This document shows, piece after piece, positions 24,847 to 36,795 of a stretch of DNA of 64,000 nt (positions within the stretch are counted from its first letter, which is position 1; the number at the start of each line of letters is the position of its first letter). The notes under the pieces were generated by a model. The model had not been told where the DNA came from and searched no databases. It saw only the letters and a list, made by a program, of their open reading frames with translations. The stretch is taken from positions 42,904,001 through 42,968,000 of the forward strand of contig NC_043010.1 of assembly GCF_006345805.1 (NCBI RefSeq), in the 5' to 3' direction. The position numbers and the translations under genes were made by a program. Source of the stretch: Octopus sinensis (Eukaryota).

Positions 24847-25150
24847 ATTATAACAAAGAGGGTCTTTGCAACAAGTTGCTAGACCACGTACCGAAAGTAT
24901 TAGAAATAGCAGCCAGAGGACTGTTATTTCCTTTACTACAAAAATATGTCTCCACAGACAACAGTATTTGTAACTCACTAAGTAGTTCAGTAAAAGACAC
25001 CAACAGAATAAATACCAATCTTGGAAAAAGTTCTGGAGTTGATTCATTCAACTATAATTTCCTCAAGACGGTGCACCAGCATGGCTGCAGTTCATTGATT
25101 GAAACAAGTGAAAGAATGATACAGATGGTATTTTGACAATGTCAAATAAT
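23950..25150. mobile_element. cluster of four SINE copies or fragments with a (TA)n tract
   Basis: Recurrent SINE head and tail motifs at 23950-24360 (+), 24470-24590 (-), 24610-24780 (+) and 24960-25115 (+). Confidence 0.75.
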
Positions 25151-25599
25151 CAACAAGATAAAATCTTCAGTCAAACTTTGATCGCTATTTCATACAAAAA
25201 TTTGACAACCAGGCAATTAGCCTATTTTCCCTTGCTCAAGTATCAATTCTTTCTCACTCTTTCTCTACTCCTCCACCCATTCCCTTTCTTCTCCCAGACA
25301 AGTGCATCAAAAGCCATTAACTGCTATGGTACTTTCACTAAATATGAATTTCTGGATATAGCAACAGGGTGTTTAACCAGAAACTTCCACTGCTTGTATT
25401 GGTGGAAACTCTAGAGCTGGTTAATGAGTTAAAATGTACATTAAAGTTTTAACTGTCTTTGTAGGAATTGTAAAGGAATATATCATACAGTATGAAGGAG
25501 TATAAGTTTTTTTTATTCAATTAATCCCTTTCAATAGTTTGCCACTAGTAATTGACTAGTAAGCTAAATATTTGTCATTGTGGATTTTCCATAAGTTTA

Positions 25600-25971
25600 T
25601 TCAATTCAATTCAATTTTTATTGACTCAAAAAGCAAAAGCAAGGCCATGTAGGGGGACAGGGAGTTATGTACAGGGAAGGTGGTCATGCAAAGAGTTCAG
25701 GCCATTTCTGGTCAAGAGAGACTTTGAACTGAGCGGACGTCGGCATCTTCACTATCTCGTCCAGCAGTTTATTCCACGGATCCACAACCCGGACAGATAA
25801 AGCCCCTCTCCTTCGATTGAGATGAAATCGCCGTAGATAGAGCTTTTTGGAGTGACCCTGCAGCCCACGCTCTGGAGCAGGAGTGAAGAACAGCTCTTTC
25901 GAGAGGTTATTATTTATAATGTGAAACGAATTAAAGTGAATAGACTGAGGTGGTAGCTTCTTATGTGGCAA
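25600..25971 (-). mobile_element. CR1-clade LINE 3' end
   Basis: GLQGHSKKLYLRRFHLNRRRGALSVRVVDPWNKLLDEIVKMPTSAQFKVSLDQKW matches the CR1 ORF2 C-terminus; (ATTGA)n tail. Confidence 0.85.
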
Positions 25972-26214
25972 GAAAGATTATGAACAAAACTGCTTTTAGT
26001 CCTAGTCAAATCTTTCAGCTTAATGAAGTGATACTAAATAAAAAACTGAATGATTGTTACTATGTTTGTTAATTTTTAAACTTTCAGATTCTGATCATGG
26101 ATTGCATGAATTAAGCGCACATCACGTACGCATATCCACATTTAAGTTGTGTGTGAGTATGTGCATATATGTGCGCATGTGCATATGCATGTGTGTGCAC
26201 ATATATTTGAATGC

Positions 26215-26268
26215 ATGTATATATATATATATATATACACACACACATTTGTATACATACATATATAC

Positions 26269-26353
<85 letters not shown>

Positions 26354-26360
26354 ATATATA

Positions 26361-26405
<45 letters not shown>

Positions 26406-26414
26406 TATATATAC

Positions 26415-26445
<31 letters not shown>

Positions 26446-26454
26446 ATATATACA

Positions 26455-26499
<45 letters not shown>

Positions 26500-26560
26500 A
26501 CATATATATATATAAATATATGTATGTATGTATGTATATATACATATGTGTGGCAAACTA
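26215..26560. repeat. long compound (TA)n/(TACA)n microsatellite
   Basis: Directly visible; the YIYI ORFs here are artefacts. Confidence 0.97.
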
Positions 26561-26699
26561 ATACATCTGCTTGTTTCTACATTTATCTTCATCTTTTGTT
26601 TTTCTGTAAATTTGAACTATATATACATATATATGTATAAACACATACTTATAAATATATACACTTATATACATGTAGTGATCCCAACCTCTGTCACTA

Positions 26700-27240
26700 C
26701 CATCTTTTCAAAGTATGTTTCACCACTAGTGGTTAAGTTTTCTACTGCACCACATATCACCACTCAATATGATCCCTTATCACCTCTTTTAGGTCAGCAT
26801 TTACCACTTGTCTTCCTCAGTTTCCCTTTTCCAGGGATTCCAATAACTTGGAGTACATGACACTTCATTATGCAGCAATTATCTTCCATGTGTAGTCACA
26901 TGCCCATACTAATGAATTCCCCCTCTCTTGTGCACTACATCTGATTCCCCTTATACTCAGTTTTTCTGTCTGCTGAGTGGTACTCAAATGTTCATGCCCA
27001 CTGACATTATACATACATCTAAATGTGTTTGCTTCATTTCTTTTTAGACTTTGCAGATCTTCTGCAGTCAACACCAGTGTCTCCCTACCCTACAACATCG
27101 GTTTGAACACAAACATCATACAATCCGCCCTTCAGTCTTGGGGGTGAAGACATTTGTTGCCAGCTGCAGTAACAGCTCCTTGAACTTTTTCTAACCGGTA
27201 CTTACACTAGCTACTATACTTTACTTTCAGAACAACTACC
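26700..27240 (-). mobile_element. RTE (BovB-like) LINE ORF2 C-terminal relic
   Basis: LTAEDLQSLKRNEANTFRCMYNVS...KLSIRGIRCSAQER and an upstream KFKELL-like motif. Confidence 0.7.
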
Positions 27241-27779
27241 TCCACTGTAAAATATGTCACCTAGGCAACAGAAACCACACACACACACACACACATACAT
27301 ATTATATATATTATATACATATACACATACACACACATATATATTATTTTACAAATTCTAGAAAAATGTCAGTTATTGAAATATCCTAAAAACGATACAA
27401 TAAAATGGTAATCTTGTTGAATTCTTCAGGCATATCTAGTTCAACTACCCAGGTCATCTGAGTGGCTGGCAGTATAAATGGCATGCAGTAGACCTCATAT
27501 CCTGGAATCCCTGAGCCGTGGCAGTTGTAGGCTGCGGGTGAGGTGTGAGGGTGGGGGTCAAGAGAGGATGCATCAAGAAGGTCAATGGACATCGCTTAGT
27601 AGCCAGCCTATGTTAATGCCGAAGGAACTTTTGAACCACCTTGTGTGCATGTATGTACCTAATTGTATGTGTGTGTGTGTATATAGGAAGGAAGAGAAAG
27701 AATTAGATATACATATACATACTGTCATTTAGAAGTGTTGCGTTCAAAATGTCTAAATCCTGCTTATATACATATAGAT

Positions 27780-27925
<146 letters not shown>

Positions 27926-30669
27926 TACACACATTCATTCATACATACATACAACATTTTCTATAGAACTGGTGGATAGCATCAAGTTAATGTAAATGTA
28001 ATAGTATATTTTATTGTACATGCAGTTTGTTGTATATATTGCAGAAGTATACAGCATTCAGAATAAATTTAATATTTTAGTGAATATCTAATATTTGAAA
28101 AAAAAAAAAAATATTCATGCCAGGTAGACATATCTGAATACTAGCATACATAAGTAATGCATAATGTCCAACATTTACATGCAGAAAGAGCAGGCAGTGT
28201 TATTCCACTGAACATGTATCACTTACCATACACGACAGCATCGTCAAGAACTACCCTTTATCTTATATGGTGTCTCTTTGGTGCAATATTCTCAGTGTTT
28301 GTATATTAACACACACATCTGTATATGCTAACGTCTACTATGTATGTATATGCTTGTAATATCTATATGTGTTTTCAGAAAAGTGGGAGAGAGAGAGAGA
28401 GAAAGAGAAAGACATAGAGACAAAGGTGGAGAGAGAAGGAGAGAGAGAGAGAGAAAGAGAGAGAGATAGTGTGCGTGTGTGTGTGTGTGAAAAAGATAGA
28501 TACACTCACAGACAGAATGTATGAGTTGGAGTGTTATTCGTGAGTTTTAGTCCCACAGTAACAAACTATATTTCCAACACTGAACATTGTTTTTCAAGAT
28601 AATTTTACATTACAATGACATGCAGACGCTTCTGTTGCAAGACACCCACCCTAATTTCGTTATCCCTCCCCCACTCTGTCTGACTGCTTCTCTCTCCCTC
28701 TCTCATGTGTGTATGTGAATGTGTATGTGTGTGTGTGCGTGTAGATATATATATATATATATATATGTTTGTGCGAATGTGTCTATGTACGTATATGTAT
28801 GTGAACTATATACATATATATATATGTATTTATAAACAAACACATGTAAGCGTACATACATTCACATACACATGTGTATGCATGTACGTATGCATGTGTG
28901 TGTATTTGTGCACATACACACAGACACATACACACACACACACGCCCTTACTCAAGCATCTTTATACTCTATTACATGCACACACGCAACAAGCTATACA
29001 TTATGTTATCACGTAGTCTCTACCTCCTTGATTGTACTGCTGCTACTGCTGTTGTTCTGCCTGTTTGGTTTCCAACTTGATACAGCTGTCTCTGCTATCC
29101 CATTGCAAAAAGCTGGCCTTGTCTCTGGGAACCACATTTCATGTTTAACCCTAGTAAGCAGACACAAAATGGTGTCGTTTTATATATATGCGAATGTTCG
29201 ACTGCTGTTCTAATTGATGGTGGTAGTTATGGTGATGCTGGAGGTTGTAAAGGGTAGAAAACATGTGAGATGGTACCAGCCATTCTTTTTGACTACTGAT
29301 TGGCAATCTTTAAACTCGTTACATATATATATATATATATATATATTTTATTTGCTCGTCTTATTACAAATCCATGTCACACTTGCCGTCGTCATCGACT
29401 TTGACATTCTTATAATGGTAATGATGATGATGAAGATGATGATGATGATGATGAAAATCACTGTTGCTGCTGCCTTCACTGTTGTTATCTTTGAAAACGA
29501 CTTTACAATTTGCCCTTTTACAAGAACCAACCCCCTCAAAAAAACAAAAAAAAACAAAAACAAAACCCCCCAAAAAACAGACAGAAGATTTAAAGAATTA
29601 TTTTGCCAAATTAACTCGTACTGAATGAAGCTTGTATTTTTATACTAAAATCACAACTGACCAGCAAAGTCTCTCTTTCCCCACCCTCGCTCTTGCATAC
29701 ATGTTTTCTATCGATTTCCTGATGGAGTTATCGAAAATGTTGATGGTATTATTTTCTTTTTTAAATCACATGTCAACTCTGATCGAGCAGGTCTATGGTC
29801 AAAGGCTATGACTATCTATGACTATCCAGTCTGCTGGATATATATTATCCGATCTATCCGGTTTATTTTTTTTCATGATTGTAGTGAGACTGGTTGCTAT
29901 TTCTAGCGTATCGAGCGATCTCTTTGAGACTTCCTTGTTGGCTGGTATATTATTATGTTGATTGTAATTACAATAATTTATTGAGGCAGTGCATTTTCAT
30001 AGCTGACCGAGAGAGCATAGCACGAACGACTATGATAAACGATGTCTCTTGATTACGACTATTATTTTTTGTTTGTCAATAAAATGAGTGAGTACCAGTC
30101 AGATATTGGGGTCTGAAAGTAAACATACCTAAGTCAGAATGTTAATACAAAAAAAAAAAGTAGTTTCGACTAAAGAGAGGAAATGAAGGAAGAAGATTAT
30201 GCTGTGATTGTTGATAAGCCTTGGAGTGACCTAATCCAGATGAAATAGCATCTAAATATTCATCAATTTACACCTTACTATCTTGAAAAAACTTATAGAC
30301 CTATTAGATAACGTAGACAATACTAAACAATAGGAAGAAAAAAATCAAGATGGTTATGGATGGAAGGCTTTTGAATGTAGGGTCAGATTAATCATTGACT
30401 GGTGGTGGTGGGTTTAACAATAACGTTCCAACAGTAAACAAGTGTATTTTTTACTTTCTTTTCCAAGCTTCTGTGTAACTAGATGTGATTTACCAAAGAT
30501 GACTCGCATGTTCAAGAGGGTAGCAGGAGATTTGAGGGTTTATTGGATACTAATTATTAGCACGTCCCACGAGAATATAAACTGTTCTCATGCCGGCATG
30601 ATGCAGAGGCTGTTTTCTGCAGTTGACAAGATGGAAAAATATTTTCCAGAGATACATTACCAATATCAA

Positions 30670-30772
30670 TACATACATACATACATACATACATACATAC
30701 ATACATACATCATACATACATACATACATACAACATACATACATACATACATACATACATACATACATACAT
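30670..30772. repeat. (CATA)n microsatellite
   Basis: Directly visible. Confidence 0.95.
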
Positions 30773-31196
30773 CTGTGCGTGTGTGTTCACCCAAGAAGCG
30801 ATAAATTATAGGACTCCATACGTAAATGTAGATAGTTCTTTAACAGATTTTAGCTTAAATTTTCAAGAACTTCGAGTTTCGCGTCAGTGATCTTTCAGTT
30901 GACAATCTGTCTGAGACTATTGACTCTTAAAAATCAATGATGCTGGAATATATATTTTCAAATACTTTCATATGACATTTTTTTAATGTATTAAGATAAG
31001 CGTATCTCTAGATAGATTTCATGTATGAAAGTATGTTCAAACATCCGATGATAATTTAAAAGGCAACAGAGTCAGGTCATCAGTTGAAAGAGCGGGGACG
31101 TGAAACGCGGGGTGCTGGCATTATTGAGCGATTTGGTTTATATTTACATGATGCATAAATATCACACACACACATAGGTATATATATGTATATATG

Positions 31197-31275
<79 letters not shown>

Positions 31276-31324
31276 TAATATGTATATATATAGACATACA
31301 TGTATGTATATATGTATATATGTA

Positions 31325-31381
<57 letters not shown>

Positions 31382-31444
31382 GTATGTGTATATATATATA
31401 TACGCATATATATGTATGTATATAGATCGGTAGCCACTACGCAC

Positions 31445-31602
31445 ATTTTTTTCTCGTTTCTTTCTGTGTTCCTTTCTGTGAAAGAGCATAGGCTCGAAAC
31501 GTAAAATACCTTTTCAATTCCTGAGCGTTATACTAATACATCTGTTTGTTTTCTACACCACCTGTCTTTGTCTTTTGCTTTTTTCGTGAATTCTCCACCC
31601 CC
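31445..31602 (+). mobile_element. ~160-bp TA-flanked repeat containing a minimal hammerhead-like fold (Penelope-associated type)
   Basis: Copies at 31445-31602, 33117-33274 and 35975-36123, with a related family at 34705-34875 (-). Confidence 0.65.
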
Positions 31603-31614
31603 TATATATATATA

Positions 31615-31655
<41 letters not shown>

Positions 31656-32022
31656 TGCGTGTGTGTGTGTGTGTGTGTTTGTGTGTGTGTTTGTGTGTGT
31701 AGATACACAGCCGACAGCTGATGAAGGGTCGTTCTTTGTGTTGCTAGTCCTGTTTTCCATTTGTTTATCTCGTTGTTTGCATATTAAACTCATTTGTTTT
31801 CGTATTTCATGTTGTTTACTGTTGGTGACATCCTTTACCCATATATGCATATGTATGTATGTGTATATATATATATATATGTATAATTTATATATATGTA
31901 TACGCACGCACACATATATGCATATACATACATATATGCACTTGTATGCACACGTACACTTTCAAGAAATAGAGTTCTAGGTAATAATATGTACATGTAA
32001 GTAACGATATATGCATATATGA

Positions 32023-32620
32023 AGGCGGCGAGCTGGCAGAATCGTTAGCACGCCGAGCGAAATGCTTAACAGTATTTCGTCTGCTGCTACATTCTGAGTT
32101 CAAATTCCGCCGATGTCGACTTTGCCTTTCATCCTTTCGGGGTCGATTAAATAAGTACCAGTTACACACTGGGGTCGATATAATCGACTTAATCCGTTTG
32201 TCTGTCCTTGTTTGTCCTCTCTGTGTTTAGCCCCTTGTGGGTAGTAAAGAAATAGGTATTTCGTCTGCCGCTACGTTCTGAGTTCAAATTCCGCCGAGGT
32301 CGACTTTGCCTTTCATCCTTTAGGGGGGCGATAAATTAAGTACCAGCTACGCACTGGGGTCGATATAATCGACTTAATCCGTTTGTCTGTCCTTGTTTGT
32401 CCTCTCTGTGTTTAGCCCCTTGTGGGCAGAAAAGAGATAAGTATTTCGTCTGCCGCTACGTTCTGAATACAAATTCCGCCGAAGTCGACTTTGCCTTTCA
32501 TCCTTTAGGGGGTCGATAAATTAAGTACCAGTTGCATACTGGAGTCGATCTTATCGACTGGCCCCCTCCCCCCAAACTTCGGGCCTTGTGCCTAGAGTAG
32601 AAAAGAATATATGCATATAT
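32023..32620 (+). mobile_element. SINE trimer (full copy plus two 5'-truncated units), duplicated at 33711-34300
   Basis: Units restart at GTATTTCGTCTG directly after the AAAGA(A/G)ATA(G/A) tail. Confidence 0.9.
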
Positions 32621-33271
32621 GTAAAAATACATACACATATACATGCATAAAATAATGTACTCAAACAGTGGGTAGAAATGATATAGAGTACGCTTGCATG
32701 AAAATGTTTTAATTTGGGCATAATATGCATATATATTCGCATACACACATACGCATTCATGTATCTACACATATAGTTAGGCATTAATACATAGCTAAAA
32801 AACCAAAAAGACGAATTATATGTAACACACACTTTTCTATATACTTATACACGTACATGCTACATGTACTTATACATATTCGTGTTTTAATTACCGGAAT
32901 TTAATTATTGGGCAAAATCGAGACAGCTGTTAGAGAATATGCTGAACTTTTGCAGTTAATAAATTATATTAATGCTACTTCTCCATTTTCTGAATTTTGA
33001 TATATATATATATATTATATAAAAGGGCTTAGTAAAATAATGTATGTATGTATGTATGTGTATATATATATATACGCATATATATGTATGTATATAGATC
33101 GGTAGCCACTACGCACATTTTTTTCTCGTTTCTTTCTGTGTTCCTTTCTGTGAAAGAGCATAGGCTCGAAACGTAAAATACCTTTTCAATTCCTGAGCGT
33201 TATACTAATACATCTGTTTGTTTTCTACACCACCTGTCTTTGTCTTTTGCTTTTTTCGTGAATTCTCCACC

Positions 33272-33327
<56 letters not shown>

Positions 33328-34892
33328 TATATATATATGTGCGTGCGTGTGTGTGTGTGTGTGTTTGTGTGTGTGTTTGTGTGTGTAGATACACAGCCGA
33401 CAGCTGATGAAGGGTCGTTCTTTGTGTTGCTAGTCCTGTTTTCCATTTGTTTATCTCGTTGTTTGCATATTAAACTCATTTGTTTTCGTATTTCATGTTG
33501 TTTACTGTTGGTGACATCCTTTACCCATATATGCATATGTATGTATGTGTGTATATATATATATATATGTATAATTTATATATATGTATACGCACGCACA
33601 CATATATGCATATACATACATATATGCACTTGTATGCACACGTACACTTTCAAGAAATAGAGTTCTAGGTAATAATATGTACATGTAAGTAACGATATAT
33701 GCATATATGAAGGCGGCGAGCTGGCAGAATCGTTAGCACGCCGAGCGAAATGCTTAACAGTATTTCGTCTGCTGCTACATTCTGAGTTCAAATTCCGCCG
33801 ATGTCGACTTTGCCTTTCATCCTTTCGGGGTCGATTAAATAAGTACCAGTTACACACTGGGGTCGATATAATCGACTAATCCGTTTGTCTGTCCTTGTTT
33901 GTCCTCTCTGTGTTTAGCCCCTTGTGGGTAGTAAAGAAATAGGTATTTCGTCTGCCGCTACGTTCTGAGTTCAAATTCCGCCGAGGTCGACTTTGCCTTT
34001 CATCCTTTAGGGGGGCGATAAATTAAGTACCAGCTACGCACTGGGGTCGATATAATCGACTTAATCCGTTTGTCTGTCCTTGTTTGTCCTCTCTGTGTTT
34101 AGCCCCTTGTGGGCAGAAAAGAGATAAGTATTTCGTCTGCCGCTACGTTCTGAATACAAATTCCGCCGAAGTCGACTTTGCCTTTCATCCTTTAGGGGGT
34201 CGATAAATTAAGTACCAGTTGCATACTGGAGTCGATCTTATCGACTGGCCCCCTCCCCCCAAACTTCGGGCCTTGTGCCTAGAGTAGAAAAGAATATATG
34301 CATATATGTAAAAATACATACACATATACATGCATAAAATAATGTACTCAAACAGTGGGTAGAAATGATATAGAGTACGCTTGCATGAAAATGTTTTAAT
34401 TTGGGCATAATATGCATATATATTCGCATACACACATACGCATTCATGTATCTACACATATAGTTAGGCATTAATACATAGCTAAAAAACCAAAAAGACG
34501 AATTATATGTAACACACACTTTTCTATATACTTATACACGTACATGCTACATGTACTTATACATATTCGTGTTTTAATTACCGGAATTTAATTATTTGGG
34601 CAAAATCGAGACAGCTGTTAGAGAATATGCTGAACTTTTGCAGTTAATAAATTATATTAATGCTACTTCTCCATTTTCTGAATTTTGATATATATATATA
34701 TGAATATGAACAAAGAGAAAACACAACAACGCGAAGACATGGAACAAGTATAGTGTTATTGGACGCTCAGGAAAGGAAAGAAAGAACGAGGATTTAACGT
34801 TTCGAGCGGAGCTCTTCGTCAAAAACATAGAAAAAGGAAAGGTCCAAGGAAGGGAAGACGGAGAAAGAAAATCGCCAACGATACACACGCGG

Positions 34893-34943
<51 letters not shown>

Positions 34944-35811
34944 CACAACACACACACACACATGTATGTATGTATGTATGTATGTATGTATGTATGTATG
35001 TATGTATGTATGTATATATATATATATAAAATATATATAAAAATACAAAATGGAAGAAGAACGCAAAACATTCAAATAGACGACACAAAAAAAACAGTCA
35101 AGAACAGGATCATCCTCGCAATTTCGGCTGATTGGTCATTAAGTAGTTCATATATCCAAAAAGATGCACACTCTAAAACATTAGAGCAGTAGTATTTAGA
35201 AGTTATTTGTTATGGTCACTCTCAGAGTGACCATTGGTTTCGCACCCACAAGGCGCTTTGCTGTACAGGCGACTCGCCAGACTAAAATGACCGGAGGTAC
35301 GTAACCTCTCTAACTCTTTTCACTCAACATCAAGTCTTGCGTGAGAAGGATTTTCTTTAGATTAGTGGCCAAATACTTCACACAGATAGTGATGTTTGTT
35401 TAACAGACACAACTTAAAGAGTCTCTTTCATTTGTATACCTCACGTTAAAAAAAATATTAGTTAAGCACCACTGAACTACAAGCAGAGGCAGGTTGCCCA
35501 TGTAGTGTTAATGAGTGTCCGGTGGATGTAGTGTATGAAGCTGAAGTGGTGACCGGCACTGCTGACTGCAGCAGTGGCGTTGATGATCACAAAAAAAAGC
35601 TCCTTTCGCAAACCAGGCTATAAAACACATAGTAAACCAATGCGAAGTAAACAAATATCTGATAAGCTAGCCTTCTATCATCATACACTAAAATAAATTA
35701 TTTTCGCATGGTTTTGTTTGCGAAACGGCCGTCACACTATGGATTTCAACTGGTGAAATGAACATATCCATCTCATACCTTCTCACTATCTTTATATTCT
35801 ATATATATATA

Positions 35812-35929
35812 CAGGGCCAGCCCCAGGGTTGCTGGTGCCTCGAGCAAGTTGAACTTCGGGGGATTTGTCTTTGTCATGCTCTCCTTGGCGCCCCGGGCGG
35901 CTTCCCGTGTTGCCGGTACCTTGAGCCGC

Positions 35930-35934
<5 letters not shown>
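35812..35934. mobile_element. small hAT-like MITE inserted in (TA)n
   Basis: Imperfect TIRs CAGGGCCAGCCCCAGGG / CCTTGAGCCGCCCCT. Confidence 0.55.
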
Positions 35935-35973
<39 letters not shown>

Positions 35974-36004
35974 TTATTTTCTCTCCTTGTTTCTTTCTGT
36001 GTTC

Positions 36005-36040
36005 CTTTCTGTGGAAGAGCGTAGGCTCGAAACGTTAAAG
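36005..36040 (+). ncRNA. minimal type I hammerhead ribozyme fold (core has one mutation)
   Basis: CTTT-CTGTGGA-A-GAGC(GTAG)GCTC-GAAA-CG-TT-AAAG: stem I CTTT/AAAG, stem II GAGC/GCTC, GAAA, palindromic ACGT stem III. Confidence 0.6.
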
Positions 36041-36120
36041 ACTTTTTCAATTCCGAACGTTATACTAATACATCTGTTTGTTGTCTACACCACCTGTCTT
36101 CGTCTTTTTTTGTGAATTCT

Positions 36121-36156
<36 letters not shown>

Positions 36157-36378
36157 ATTTAGGGTAGCAAAAAATTCAATAGAATTTATCGCTATTTAAT
36201 TTAATTAAGCTAATTTAATCATTAATGACACAGAAACGTTGCAACGTCTAAAAGATGAATTAGGGTAAATGTTTTTAAATTTTCACCTAATTTCTGAATT
36301 ACTACTACTTGGCGGTGTGAGTTATGGCTGCTCTTTCTGGTGGACGAATGACCTGTTAGGGTCACTCCTAAATTGTTA

Positions 36379-36450
<72 letters not shown>

Positions 36451-36743
36451 CATACATACATACATACATACTACATACATACATACATACATACATACAT
36501 ACACACATACATACATACATACATACACGACAGGCTTCTTTCAGTTTTGTCTACCAAATCCATATACAAGGCTTTGGTTGGCCTGAAGCTATAATCGAAG
36601 ACACTCAATGTATCACACAATGGGACTGAACATCGATGAATCATGTGGTTGGGATGCAAACTTCTTACCATGCAGCCACGTACATATATACATAAATGCA
36701 TACAAATGCATGATGACAGATCAATAAAGAGATAGGTATATAT

Positions 36744-36789
<46 letters not shown>

Positions 36790-36795
<6 letters not shown>

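Larger units (their letters stand above)
31365..34700 (+). repeat. near-identical tandem duplication, unit ~1.67 kb
   Basis: GATCGGTAGCC at 31425 and 33097; the differences seen are microsatellite lengths and two 1-nt indels. Confidence 0.95.

Noticed and set aside
31718-31765. Perfect CTGATGA-AGGG hammerhead-like start (also in the duplicate copy)
   Set aside because: No GAAA follows a closable stem II, so the fold is incomplete
32023-34300. Regularly repeated units resembling a CRISPR array
   Set aside because: The units are SINE bodies without unique spacers, and the context is eukaryotic
35212-35234. 23-bp palindrome ATGGTCACTCT-C-AGAGTGACCAT
   Set aside because: Short and isolated; cannot be assigned a function from sequence alone
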